DNA of 63,907 bases from Octopus bimaculoides (taxonomy: Eukaryota): NCBI RefSeq assembly GCF_001194135.2, contig NC_068986.1, positions 15,992,620 through 16,056,526 of the forward strand, given 5' to 3'. Under the pieces are notes generated by a model, which ran no database searches, had not been told where the DNA came from, and worked only from the letters and a program-made list of their open reading frames with translations. The translations under genes and the position numbers were made by a program. Shown one piece after another: positions 13,048 through 26,623 of this stretch (positions within the stretch are counted from its first letter, which is position 1; each line of letters begins with the position of its first letter).

Positions 13048-13452
13048 NNNNNNNNNNNNNNNNNNNNNNNNNNNNNNNNNNNNNNNNNNNNNNNNNNNNN
13101 NNNNNNNNNNNNNNNNNNNNNNNNNNNNNNNNNNNNNNNNNNNNNNNNNNNNNNNNNNNNNNNNNNNNNNNNNNNNNNNNNNNNNNNNNNNNNNNNNNNN
13201 NNNNNNNNNNNNNNNNNNNNNNNNNNNNNNNNNNNNNNNNNNNNNNNNNNNNNNNNNNNNNNNNNNNNNNNNNNNNNNNNNNNNNNNNNNNNNNNNNNNN
13301 NNNNNNNNNNNNNNNNNNNNNNNNNNNNNNNNNNNNNNNNNNNNNNNNNNNNNNNNNNNNNNNNNNNNNNNNNNNNNNNNNNNNNNNNNNNNNNNNNNNN
13401 NNNNNNNNNNNNNNNNNNNNNNNNNNNNNNNNNNNNNNNNNNNNNNNNNNNN

Positions 13453-13484
<32 letters not shown>

Positions 13485-14113
13485 GTGCATATATATGTGG
13501 GAGTAAATGAGTGCAAGTGTGTATGCGTGTGCGTGTGTGTGTATTTAATTTCACTTAGCCACATAGATAATAATAACTCATTCTTAGAACACAATATACA
13601 TGTGACTTAAATTAAAGAGTCTGGTAAGTACAGAGCACAATAGGGATTATTGAAGGTCGAGTGAGCAAGAATTAGATTATCTGCTTCATTGTAAAATAGT
13701 TATTTTTGCTATAACAAGCAATGCACACACACGTGAATGCTTGTGCATCTATTATAGCTTCATCGGAGCAATCCAATGAGGCACTTCCCGTTCAATTGTC
13801 ATTTAGTTAATACGTATATGCCCAAGATTTTAATGTTTATTTGTGCGTTTCATACAAGTGTATATATATATATATATATATAAGCCTGCTGGCTTCGGCT
13901 GCTCTGCATTGCCAGGGGGCAACACCCTGAAACTAGTCTAGTCTGCAGATGCCAAGCCAGCAAGGGGAAGCTGCTGACCTCCCCTGTTCGAAGGTTATAA
14001 AGGACACAGATTCGTGTGTCACATAGCTAGCTAGAGGCGATGTCCTCTTGGAGCTAATCCATGGCAGCATTCGTCCTATATTTGGGACTGCCATGTTGGC
14101 TTGGCGATAATTA

Positions 14114-14152
<39 letters not shown>

Positions 14153-14209
14153 GCAGCCAATTAATTTAGGATTTAAAATGCATCGTGTAACACTCGTGTT
14201 TACTCCCCG

Positions 14210-14355
14210 TAGCTAGCGGTTCGGCAGAATACATCGGTAGAATAAGCACCGGGCTTAAGAACATAGGTACAGGCGTCGTTTCCTTCGACTAAGATTCTTC
14301 ATCGCGGTGCTCCAGCATGATTACAGCCTAATCAATGACACGTGAAAAATACAAG
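14210..14355 (+). mobile_element. SINE family B tail module
   Basis: TAGCGGTTCGGCAGAA..GGTAGAATAAGCACCGGGCTTA...GCGGTGCTCCAGCATG. Confidence 0.65.
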
Positions 14356-14711
14356 ATATATGCGTATTAATTTAGATTCATATTTATAGTTATAGTATAT
14401 ATTTATACCAGAGTGAATATACATATATAGTTAAGGCTACGGTTTTAATTAAATCTCTCCAGAGTTGTCTTCTTAAGTATTTCCCATTGATAACGTCTAA
14501 AGAGCTAGAAACGCATCTGTGAATCCGACAGGGGCAGCACTGGACAAATAGTGTCTCAATACCTTTTACCATTACTGAGAAGTTTTTTTTTCCGTTTTTT
14601 TTTTTTTTTGCACGGTAACTACAGTGAATTTGCCCTTAGAAGTTGAAACATGCCATAAAATAAACATATTCTGACTAACAATATATATATATATATATCC
14701 GTGTGTGTGTG

Positions 14712-14777
<66 letters not shown>

Positions 14778-15315
14778 TATGCATATGTATACGCAGATAC
14801 ATATATGCATACATTCAGTGTGCATATATATTTGTACTGTTTTACGCTAGTTTCTCTATACAATAATTCTCTTCATTAATAGACATTTCAATGAACAATT
14901 TTTCATCGGTTTCCTTCAAGTGTATCAAACATTTGTTTGGTTTCTGTTGTTGATTATTTGAAGTCCTCATTTCATTGCAAACACATGCAACGCTGATGAA
15001 ATTTTACGAATGTTTTTGATAAAGAACTTGGAGTATAAGTGAATTAGCCACAACTGATTCCTTATATAATGTTTCTATAGCAAATGTCTCTTCTTCAAAA
15101 ATCTATGAAGGAATTCCTCAGATACTTTAAATGTTTTACTGTGCAATGTCCTATTTATTAGGAGCCTATAGATATTATTACAGGACAGCATATATTACTG
15201 GAAACCAGCGCCATAATACATTTCATTGCTTTCTATCAGCGTTTAAAATATGTTAGAATATGATGTTAACGTAAACAGTGAGTATTGGCAATATCATAAT
15301 ATATTACTTTTCTTG

Positions 15316-15530
15316 GGCGGCGAGCTGGCAGTATCGGTAGCACGCCGGGCGAAATGCTTAATGGTATTTTGTCAATCGCAACATTCTGAGTTCGAATTCC
15401 GGTAAGGTCGACTTTGCCTTTCGTCTTTCGTGATCAAAAAATTAAATAAAAGTTACGCACTGGGGTCAATCTAAACGACTGGTCCCCTCCCCCAAAATTT
15501 CTGGCCTGGTGCTTAGACTTGAAAAGAATA
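15316..15530 (+). mobile_element. SINE family A, full length
   Basis: GGCGGCGAGCTGGCAG...TTCTGAGTTCGAATTCC..AAGGTCGACTTTGCCTTTC...CCCCAAAATTTCTGGCC...AAAAGAATAA. Confidence 0.85.
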
Positions 15531-15539
15531 AATTTCTTG

Positions 15540-15615
15540 GGCGGCGACCTGGCAGAATCGTTAACACGTCAGGCGAAATGCTTAACGTCTACCGTTACGT
15601 TCTGAGTTCAAATTG
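15540..15615 (+). mobile_element. SINE family A head, tandem to the previous copy
   Basis: GGCGGCGACCTGGCAGAATCGTTAACACGTCAGGCGAAATGCTTA..GTTACGTTCTGAGTTCAAATT. Confidence 0.8.
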
Positions 15616-15849
15616 CACTAATTAGAAAACAGTGTTACTCGCGAAGAAGGATTACTCAATACATTTTATAGAGTATATATTCATTATTCTTTAATCTTTA
15701 ACATAAATAGTGTTCACAGTCACCTCTAGAATTTGGGCTGCTTTGTCTGAACCGAAACATTGAAGTCTCTTTAAGACATTTCTTAGAAAATCCTCGTACA
15801 TATATAAGTGTGTAATTATGTATATATATACACACAGATACGTTGCTCT

Positions 15850-16423
15850 CAACTATGGCCACCCCACAATATCAAATGAAGAGCAAACCTTGAGCCATTT
15901 CAGCGGTACTTCACCAGGGAGAATGTATCAATGAAACAGCTGAGCTACTGCGGGAGACTGAAAGAGGTACGAATCTACTCCATGGAGGAAAAACGTGAGA
16001 GCTATGCAGTGATACACGTACCAAAGGTCCAAGAGGTATTGGCACCAAAGTGAGCTATTCCAGCCCGAGTAACAGCTTGTTACTGTTCCAAATGTGCCAG
16101 ACATCCCGTCTAGAGGGATGACCATGTACTGTAATAGCTGGGAATTCAAGTTCCCACAGTTATATAATACGTTCCCAAAGCATCTTGGGGATCTTCGTGG
16201 AATAGGGGTCGATATTTTGAAGAAACAACCTGATCTCCTTTTATCCAAGTCTTAGATGAACCTATATTACAAACAGAAACACAAAAGAGGGCAGATGTTT
16301 CGAACACCCACTTTCATCATAAGCCCGTTGCATAAGGATGGCCACTGAAGAAAGATGATTACACTGGGGGTGCTCCAGCGTGACCAAAACATTTGGGCAG
16401 CAACATATAAATGAGAATAAAAG
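15850..16423 (+). mobile_element. CR1/L2-like LINE 3' end (post-RT region and 3' UTR)
   Basis: LWPPHNIK*RANLEPFQRYFTR..MKQLSYCGRLKEVRIYSMEEKRESYAVIHV, and later PQLYNTFPKHLGDLRGIGVDILKKQPDLLLSK. This is typical of the CR1/L2 C-terminal LE.VQR..T / L.Y..RL..L.LYS.E.RR motifs. Confidence 0.8.
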
Positions 16424-16448
16424 GAAATATATATATATATATATACAT

Positions 16449-16479
<31 letters not shown>

Positions 16480-16973
16480 NNNNNNNNNNNNNNNNNNNNN
16501 NNNNNNNNNNNNNNNNNNNNNNNNNNNNNNNNNNNNNNNNNNNNNNNNNNNNNNNNNNNNNNNNNNNNNNNNNNNNNNNNNNNNNNNNNNNNNNNNNNNN
16601 NNNNNNNNNNNNNNNNNNNNNNNNNNNNNNNNNNNNNNNNNNNNNNNNNNNNNNNNNNNNNNNNNNNNNNNNNNNNNNNNNNNNNNNNNNNNNNNNNNNN
16701 NNNNNNNNNNNNNNNNNNNNNNNNNNNNNNNNNNNNNNNNNNNNNNNNNNNNNNNNNNNNNNNNNNNNNNNNNNNNNNNNNNNNNNNNNNNNNNNNNNNN
16801 NNNNNNNNNNNNNNNNNNNNNNNNNNNNNNNNNNNNNNNNNNNNNNNNNNNNNNNNNNNNNNNNNNNNNNNNNNNNNNNNNNNTATATATATATAATATA
16901 TGTGCGTATTTATATATATACATGTAAAGAGAGAGAGAGAGAGAGAGAGAGAGGGGGAGAGAATGAGATATAT

Positions 16974-17017
<44 letters not shown>

Positions 17018-17398
17018 CCGAAAGTTAAACAGAAAGATAGACTGAGATAGGGATGTACATACAATTGGTTATTTATGTTTCTTTGTATGATTGTGTGTAT
17101 ATATGTGTTGTAATGATATATTTCCAGTGAAATAATAGATTTAAAAATGAAAAAGCGATGCATATCATATCGTAATGTGCGTTGATGCTCATTCTAAGAA
17201 TACATCAAGAAACATATTATTACTGACATCCGCGAAAATATAATTATGGAATAGAAAATGGAATATGTAAGATTATTATCAACCTACGATGAAATACGTA
17301 CCGAACAAAAGGTTTCTGTTACTCTACATATCTACGTATTTACATGAATCATTGAATACGATGATAAATATTTACATCGAAATTTATGAACGTAATAT

Positions 17399-17437
<39 letters not shown>

Positions 17438-18170
17438 NNNNNNNNNNNNNNNNNNNNNNNNNNNNNNNNNNNNNNNNNNNNNNNNNNNNNNNNNNNNNNN
17501 NNNNNNNNNNNNNNNNNNNNNNNNNNNNNNNNNNNNNNNNNNNNNNNNNNNNNNNNNNNNNNNNNNNNNNNNNNNNNNNNNNNNNNNNNNNNNNNNNNNN
17601 NNNNNNNNNNNNNNNNNNNNNNNNNNNNNNNNNNNNNNNNNNNNNNNNNNNNNNNNNNNNNNNNNNNNNNNNNNNNNNNNNNNNNNNNNNNNNNNNNNNN
17701 NNNNNNNNNNNNNNNNNNNNNNNNNNNNNNNNNNNNNNNNNNNNNNNNNNNNNNNNNNNNNNNNNNNNNNNNNNNNNNNNNNNNNNNNNNNNNNNNNNNN
17801 NNNNNNNNNNNNNNNNNNNNNNNNNNNNNNNNNNNNNNNNNNNNNNNNNNNNNNNNNNNNNNNNNNNNNNNNNNNNNNNNNNNNNNNNNNNNNNNNNNNN
17901 NNNNNNNNNNNNNNNNNNNNNNNNNNNNNNNNNNNNNNNNNNNNNNNNNNNNNNNNNNNNNNNNNNNNNNNNNNNNNNNNNNNNNNNNNNNNNNNNNNNN
18001 NNNNNNNNNNNNNNNNNNNNNNNNNNNNNNNNNNNNNNNNNNNNNNNNNNNNNNNNNNNNNNNNNNNNNNNNNNNNNNNNNNNNNNNNNNNNNNNNNNNN
18101 NNNNNNNNNNNNNNNNNNNNNNNNNNNNNNNNNNNNNNNNNNNNNNNNNNNNNNNNNNNNNNNATATATA

Positions 18171-18206
<36 letters not shown>

Positions 18207-18569
18207 TGTATGCATATTCATTTAAATGTATGTGTAAATATACGTTTATAAATATATATATAATTCTCTTCTGTACATATACCTTGAATTTGCTCCAGGT
18301 TTGTATCCTTCCAGCTGACCTATTTGTATTAAAAATACCCTCTTGATCTATTTGATGGCGGCCTCAAGTATCATTTCATCCTGTGTCACACCCGAAGAAA
18401 CATCATTCTTTCTAACGTGATGCCCGATTTTAAAACCAGAATGCAGAGACAGAAATAAAATATCACAATGCATTGCCCTGGTGCTCTAACATTCGGCAAA
18501 TAGCTCCACATAATACTTATGCCTTATGTTATCCACACTGATTGTATGGAAAAACTAAACTAAACACAG

Positions 18570-19465
18570 TATTAGGCTGTCTCCCATGTAATGCATGTTA
18601 AATGGGTTTCTTATGAATCATATATAAATAGATTTTTAATGAGTTCTTATATATATGCTTGTGTTTACTCTTAACTCATTTTCTTTCTATACAATACTAT
18701 TATTCAAAATTGCTACCCACAGCCCTTATGGCTATGTTGACAACTGGAGAATACCGAGTGAGTTTCTTGTACGAAAACAAGTTGGGTCATTCTGCCTCCG
18801 AAGCTCTACGAAGCCTTAAATGACGATTCTGTTGACGTTAGAACTGTTCAGAGATGGTTCCAAATATTTCGTTCAGGAAATGAAAGCCTGAAAAATGAAT
18901 CAAGAGTGAGACCAAATTGAGTTATTCGACATGATGAATTGAACGCTTTGGTTAAACGAATTCCGAGAACAACGGTCCGAAAAATTGGATCAGAGTTCCA
19001 GACATCTTCCGCAACACTTTCTCGATACTTGAAGAAAATTGGAAAAGTCAAAAATATGGTTAGGTTTGTTCCCCATCAACTTAATGAGATTCAAAGAAAC
19101 AGGTGTTTTCCATGTTGATATCTCAGTCGGAAAGAGAACCATTTTTTGTATCGACTCATTCCGTGTGAAGAGAATTGGATACACCTGATAACAGCAGGAA
19201 GACAGGACAGTAGTTAGATGCAGGAGAATCACCAAGACACTACCCAAAACACTACCCATTGCCCCCTAAAAAGTTGATGATCACTGTATGGTGGTCAATA
19301 GAGGCATTATTTATTATTCATTTTTGCAATAAGGAAAAGCTATAATAGCAACATCCTATTGTCAAGAAATTGATTGTATGCATGAAAAATTGAAAAAGGG
19401 AAGCAACCTAGATCAGTGAATAGAAATTGCCCAATTTTGATTCGTGATAATGCACGGCCTAACAC
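18570..19465 (+). mobile_element. Mariner transposase pseudogene with probable left TIR; 3' part lost at a (TA)n(GA)n tract
   Basis: From ATG 18734: MLTTGEYRVSFLYENKLGHSASEA..., VRTVQRWFQIFRSGNESL, FVPHQL (WVPHEL motif), CEENWI (first D region), PKKLMITVWWS, YCQEID, ILIRDNARP (second D). TA+TTAGGCTG at 18570 resembles a mariner TIR start. Confidence 0.9.
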
Positions 19466-19495
19466 TTCAAAAGAGGAAAATGGAAAGAGATATGG

Positions 19496-19582
<87 letters not shown>

Positions 19583-21144
19583 GAGAGAGGGAGAGAGAGA
19601 TTACACAATCTGTAACATGTATAATAGGGAACTCGTCATACACAAGCAGTACTGGCTATAGTTTCAGTACAATGTCTGTAGAGATAACCATAACAAAAGT
19701 ATTAATTTTAATGACCACGCGTGCCAACATGTGCCATTATATTTGTAGTCAACTTCCATGAAGTCACTACTGTACGTGACTGAAATTCCTTCATACTGTT
19801 TTCAATGAAGGGCGTATTCGAAAATCTCACCACTGTTTTCTCAGTTTCCAGAAGTTCAACAAAATTACTCATGTTCACCGACGTCCAACAGACGTTCAGC
19901 AAAATTACTCATGTTCACATACACACGAAATATCCTCACACGTACAAACTCACACCAAGTTGTATGTGGATGTATATGCAACTTAACGTGTAATCATTTA
20001 AGTGTTATTGCTGTCTCTCTTTGTTATTAACTGGTTACTTTGCTGAAGACTTCGTATTTGGATAAGCTTTCTGTTTTCCACAATTGCTGAATAAGCTCAG
20101 AAAGATATATAAGTAATTCGGATTCTTAAACCTGAATACATAAATAATTATTTTCCACGGGGTGGGAGTGAGGGAAAGTTGGAGTGATGGAGAAATAGTA
20201 TAAGAGAAATGAGAAGAGGAGAGAGAGGGGGAAATAAATAGAGAGAAAAGGAGGGAGAGAGAGGAAGAGAAAGAGGGAGGATGAGAGAGAGAAAGGGCGA
20301 GAGTGAGAGAGAGCTGCAGAATGAGATTCTTGCTCACAATTTAACCAATAATTTCATTAGTTGTTGTGTATCATGTATATTCGTTATTATAAAGTCAAAT
20401 CCGCATGAGAATAAGCAGTTTGAACATAGAATGCTAACAAAGAATGAATACATAAACAACAACAAAAAACAGAAGAAAATATAAAACAATTATTATAAAT
20501 AATGGCAATAACACAAATAAGAAAAATAAATCAATAACTACATCGAAATAGAACTGAATAAGAAAACAAATACAAATACACGAAAGGAATTTTTGATGAA
20601 AACTTCCAAAAAGAACTAAAACAAAAGGAACAACGCATATATTATGGCGAAGTTTGGAGAATAGGTGCATTGGAGATTCTTCAATAGGATTTCAAAAGGT
20701 TCCTTATATTGGAGAAGCTAATCTTATATATTGTAAAACGTACTTTCACGGTGCTGTAAAATACATCCCCACTGAGAAAAGATAATCGGAATTTAAACGC
20801 GTCTTGATTAAATAAAAACACAATGCTTGCTAAAACGAGAAAAATGAGAAGAAATTTTAAAAAATACAATTACATGAAATGCAAAACGAAAAAGTCACTT
20901 CAGATTTAATGCAATATCAGCGAGTTATGGTTTCTAAGATCGTTGTAGCGAACAATTTAATGCGTTTGACAATAAATGCTGAAGCGAATGGCAAACTCCA
21001 ATAACTGGTCTAATGGCTTTCTGGTTAAACGTTAAGAATATACAGATATATTGTTGCACAGATTGAAATATAATCGCCTCTCTCTCCCCATTCTCTCTAT
21101 ATATGTGTATATATATGTGCGTGTGTGCGTGCATGTGTGTGCAT

Positions 21145-21188
<44 letters not shown>

Positions 21189-21507
21189 GGATGTATATAC
21201 ATATGAATATGGATATATGTTATGTGCACACACATATTTACATAAGTGCACATATGCATACGTACACGTGTGCATCTGTATGTGTGTGTGTGTACGCGCG
21301 TGTGTGTGAGTATCTGGGCAAGTGTCTGTGTGTTTGTGTGTATGCGAATGTGCAGGAGAACGAGTAGGGTGCTGGAGAGAACGAGGGTAGATACGTAGAT
21401 ATGGATAATGGAAGATATATTAATATAGAAAGTAATGCCAACGATAAGACGCATGGAAATAAATCAAAGGATATACTCGAAAATAAATACGTACATACAT
21501 ATACAAA

Positions 21508-21551
<44 letters not shown>

Positions 21552-21663
21552 CATATGGAGACTGAAAGATAGTTAGGTACCGCGATAGAGAAACAGATAA
21601 ATGTAGATATTCATAGATGGATTGGTGAGGGTTCATTTACGCGCACGGAATACACAGATACAT

Positions 21664-21725
<62 letters not shown>

Positions 21726-23228
21726 NNNNNNNNNNNNNNNNNNNNNNNNNNNNNNNNNNNNNNNNNNNNNNNNNNNNNNNNNNNNNNNNNNNNNNNNNNN
21801 NNNNNNNNNNNNNNNNNNNNNNNNNNNNNNNNNNNNNNNNNNNNNNNNNNNNNNNNNNNNNNNNNNNNNNNNNNNNNNNNNNNNNNNNNNNNNNNNNNNN
21901 NNNNNNNNNNNNNNNNNNNNNNNNNNNNNNNNNNNNNNNNNNNNNNNNNNNNNNNNNNNNNNNNNNNNNNNNNNNNNNNNNNNNNNNNNNNNNNNNNNNN
22001 NNNNNNNNNNNNNNNNNNNNNNNNNNNNNNNNNNNNNNNNNNNNNNNNNNNNNNNNNNNNNNNNNNNNNNNNNNNNNNNNNNNNNNNNNNNNNNNNNNNN
22101 NNNNNNNNNNNNNNNNNNNNNNNNNNNNNNNNNNNNNNNNNNNNNNNNNNNNNNNNNNNNNNNNNNNNNNNNNNNNNNNNNNNNNNNNNNNNNNNNNNNN
22201 NNNNNNNNNNNNNNNNNNNNNNNTATACTTTATACATATGTGTGTGCGTGTGTCTATGTGTACTTCCAACTGCAATTGGTCTAGCTAGGGACAAACTCAG
22301 TCATGCGTTGTAAGAAGAAATTTGGCCTAGAGACAATAACTTCTTTCCATCAATCTCTTTATGTTATATACATTTATACTTACACAGACACACACAAACA
22401 CACATACATATACAGATAGAAACATACATACATATATACATATGTGTTCTACTTTTTCCCTATTCTATGTCCATGTCTCAAAAGCTGCTTTCGGACTTGG
22501 GGATAGTAAACTCTTTTTTAATTGAATCACTTGGTGTCACTAATGTTGCAAATCCTATGGTTATTTGTCATAAACGAGAATCCATTACAGTTTTTCACGA
22601 AGTAAACATACGTTTCTATATTGATAGAGAGCCCCTTCATTCCTAATTGTTGTGGTGTGGAGGTCCTTGCTCTAATGTGTGCTGCATGCCCTTCGAAGCA
22701 GGGTGCTCCCAATATCTATCAGATGCTCGGGGCAATTTCCTCTTCCATCCCTATAAATCTGGCCCCTTGTATATATATNNNNNNNNNNNNNNNNNNNNNN
22801 NNNNNNNNNNNNNNNNNNNNNNNNNNNNNNNNNNNNNNNNNNNNNNNNNNNNNNNNNNNNNNNNNNNNNNNNNNNNNNNNNNNNNNNNNNNNNNNNNNNN
22901 NNNNNNNNNNNNNNNNNNNNNNNNNNNNNNNNNNNNNNNNNNNNNNNNNNNNNNNNNNNNNNNNNNNNNNNNNNNNNNNNNNNNNNNNNNNNNNNNNNNN
23001 NNNNNNNNNNNNNNNNNNNNNNNNNNNNNNNNNNNNNNNNNNNNNNNNNNNNNNNNNNNNNNNTATAAAAAATTAAAATTAAATTGAGCTTTATAGATAA
23101 AGTATATATTTTACGATCTGACGAGTAGCTATATTATACTCATTTATTGTGCTTTTAATTATTAATTTTTCTATATGTGATAGTGGATTTTCATCAATGA
23201 GTTCTTGAAAATTGGTTATTTTCCCTAA

Positions 23229-23265
<37 letters not shown>

Positions 23266-23270
<5 letters not shown>

Positions 23271-23475
23271 TATATATCTATGTGTGTGTATGTGTATGTG
23301 TATGTGTGAGTGTCTTCTTTGTTTATACTGTTGTGTGTGTATGAGTATGTGTGTATGTGTGCGTGTGTGTGCGTGTATGTATATGTAAGAGAGAGATAGA
23401 GAGAGATTAAGTGTGTAAGTGTGTAGACACAATCAAATAGCTAGACATACTCCATATCTATAAGCTAATCGAAAC
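23266..23475 (+). repeat. 210-bp direct duplication, copy 1
   Basis: Matches 26621-26830 with 5 substitutions. Confidence 0.9.
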
Positions 23476-23510
23476 TTTAACGTTTCGAGTCTACGCTCTT
23501 CAACAGAAAG
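23475..23510 (-). ncRNA. Minimal hammerhead-like motif, variant core CUGUUGA
   Basis: Minus strand reads CTTT-CTGTTGA-A-GAGC-GTAG-ACTC-GAAAC-GTT-AAAG, with palindromic AACGTT at stem III. Confidence 0.5.
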
Positions 23511-23552
23511 GAACACAGAAAGTAGCAAACAGAGAAAAAAATATGTGTACTG

Positions 23553-23660
23553 CAGTGGTTTCCCTGTATGTTTCATACTTTTGTGATTACCTTACATTTG
23601 TTAAAATTCCATTGGATTTGTACTGTGTACTTGTGTAAATTACTTTTGATACAATAGTCT

Positions 23661-23711
<51 letters not shown>

Positions 23712-23723
23712 NNNNNNNNNNNN

Positions 23724-23760
<37 letters not shown>

Positions 23761-24302
23761 GTATTCAGAAGCTGAGAGACTCTAACATTGAAAGTTATGT
23801 ACAAACGTGTGTGTTTCTGAGTGTATGTGTGTGCGTGTGAGTACGTGCGTGTGTGTGTGCACGCGCGCGTCTGACTGTAAGAGCTTGCATATTAGGCGAA
23901 GTAGCATAAACCTTATTGCAACAGACTAAATGGAATTCGTTTGTGTTCCATCTATTTGAGTTCAAATTTTGACCGGGTCGAATTTCAAATTCAGTCTATC
24001 AAGTTCGATGGAATTACAGAAGTTTAAGCTTAGAAGCTTTGATGTATCCATTCCGGTTCTATATTTTATAAGTTAAACGTTCTGTCTAAAAGGCCGTAAA
24101 AACAAAAATGAATTATAAGGTGCTTGAAAGTACAAGGTCATAATTTCGAAATGGAGCGACGTCGGTTGTTTCTGTATAAATGCAAGACGCTCAGTGGTTT
24201 CCCTGTATGTTTCATACTTTTGTCATTACCTTACATTTGTAACAATTCCATTCGATTTGTACTATGTACTTGGGTAAATTAATTTTGATACAATAGTCTT
24301 CT
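23553..24302 (+). repeat. 111-bp direct duplication (23553-23663 and 24192-24302)
   Basis: CAGTGGTTTCCCTGTATGTTTCATAC...GATACAATAGTCTTCT occurs twice with 7 substitutions. Confidence 0.9.
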
Positions 24303-25605
24303 AGTGCTCAACCATTATTTTTTTAAATCGATAAAAGCTGTGTAAAGTTACAACAGAGAGAATAATTTTTAGTTGATATCTGCTGTCGACAGAATCTATA
24401 ATCTCCACTGAGACTCTTATATATATATATATATATATATACAAGAATTAATTCAAACGCATGCTCACACACACATGTCTGAGTTGGTTGGGAGAGATGA
24501 CGGGTAAGTCAGGAAGATGTAAGCATATCTAGTACTTAAACTAAATATATATTGTATATACTTAATTATATAAACATGCACACACACACGCACAAACACA
24601 CACACATATACACACATACACTTATATTTGTGTGACCATGTAGTTCTGTAGTGGGGAGGGGCCTGCGATGATGTTAACGCAATTGTCATTATTATATAAA
24701 CAAACATACGCGGAAAAAGAAAACAAAAGAAAAATAATAAAATCGAAAAATCGCAAGAACAAAAGGAAAACAAATGGCGGCTGTTTGTGTGCAAAGGTGT
24801 AACGAAGCACTAAAATGGCTGGCTACGTACGTCATAACGGCACTATAGACATAAACACCTTTTTCCTGCCAAACAGTATTCATACCGTTGATGACAGTGA
24901 TGGCTATAAAAGCAAATAGACCGTATTGATAATGCTTTGTGTGGTTTTATACCGCTGGGTGTGTAATTTGAGGGCAGTTCCATTTACGCTGGTCTCCTAA
25001 ACATCAATTTCTCAACATCCAAACATTTTGATCAAAGCGAATTTCAGCTAAGCAAATATTATACATTAATCCGCTGATTGGATTGTTGTGAGGAGTGCAA
25101 AAACAAAAAATGGTTTCTAATCTGCTGCCCCGTTTGCCCCCTCTCAGACACGTATACGCGTATTAACCAGTCTAAATTGTAGTTTTTCCATGTCTTTCTA
25201 TCTACTATAAATTATCTCCATTTACATTCACTGCGAAATCATCACAACTGCCAACATCGCTTGTAGGAAAAAATTATGTACCTAAATTCTCTAACACACA
25301 AACAAGAACGTGAAGAAACTCACGCGCACACACACAGAAAAATGCATACACACGCTCACACAAACATACACATACAAACACAAGCTGATATTGCCACAGG
25401 CATAGACAGATATACATATGAACAGATTCAAATACTCTTCCATAGACGCGCAAACACATATATATTTACAGAGAGAGTGTCTGTGTGTTTGAGAGAGAGA
25501 GAGAGAGAGAGATAGAGAGAGACAGAGAGACAGACAAATAGATATAGATACGTATATATGTGAAGGTATGTGTGTATATATCCACATATATGCATATTGT
25601 ATATA

Positions 25606-25702
<97 letters not shown>

Positions 25703-26111
25703 GTGTGTGTGTGTTTGTGTGTGTGTGTATGTATATGTATGTATGTATATGTGTTTGACTATGTGTGTATATATATATATATATATGTAAATACATAATA
25801 TTTATAACAGCGAAATATCTTTATTTATTAGCATGACGCTCAGTTGCTTGGAACCAGAGACACACAAATCCATACATCTACGCACACACATAATTACACA
25901 CTACAAAGTCACATAAACAGACACAAGGGAAATTGCATCAAATATATAACATTATGTTATGAACATTGAATACGATGGCTTCAATAAAAGAAAATACCTA
26001 TAGAACTCTGCTTCTACGATTATACATTTCTATCTGAAGTCATACACACAAGTATAGTCATATCCAAAACATTTGTGTATGTGTGTGTTTACATATACAT
26101 ACATACATATA

Positions 26112-26146
<35 letters not shown>

Positions 26147-26241
26147 GTATGTATGTATGTATATATTTATATATGTATGTATGTATGTATATATATATAT
26201 ATTTGAATATACATATAATTATGCTTATATGTATATATATT

Positions 26242-26281
<40 letters not shown>

Positions 26282-26591
26282 CACGCACNNNNNNNNNNNN
26301 NNNNNNNNNNNNNNNNNNNNNNNNNNNNNNNNNNNNNNNNNNNNNNNNNNNNNNNNNNNNNNNNNNNNNNNNNNNNNNNNNNNNNNNNNNNNNNNNNNNN
26401 NNNNNNNNNNNNNNNNNNNNNNNNNNNNNNNNNNNNNNNNNNNNNNNNNNNNNNNNNNNNNNNNNNNNNNNNNNNNNNNNNNNNNNNNNNNNNNNNNNNN
26501 NNNNNNNNNNNNNNNNNNNNNNNNNNNNNNNNNNNNNNNNNNNNNNNNNNNNNNNNNNNNNNNNNNNNNNNNNNNNNNNNNNNNNNNNNNN

Positions 26592-26620
<29 letters not shown>

Positions 26621-26623
<3 letters not shown>

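Noticed and set aside
16285-16325. Minus-strand ATGATGA...TTCGAAAC as a hammerhead
   Set aside because: The core lacks C3/U4 and no stem II can form.
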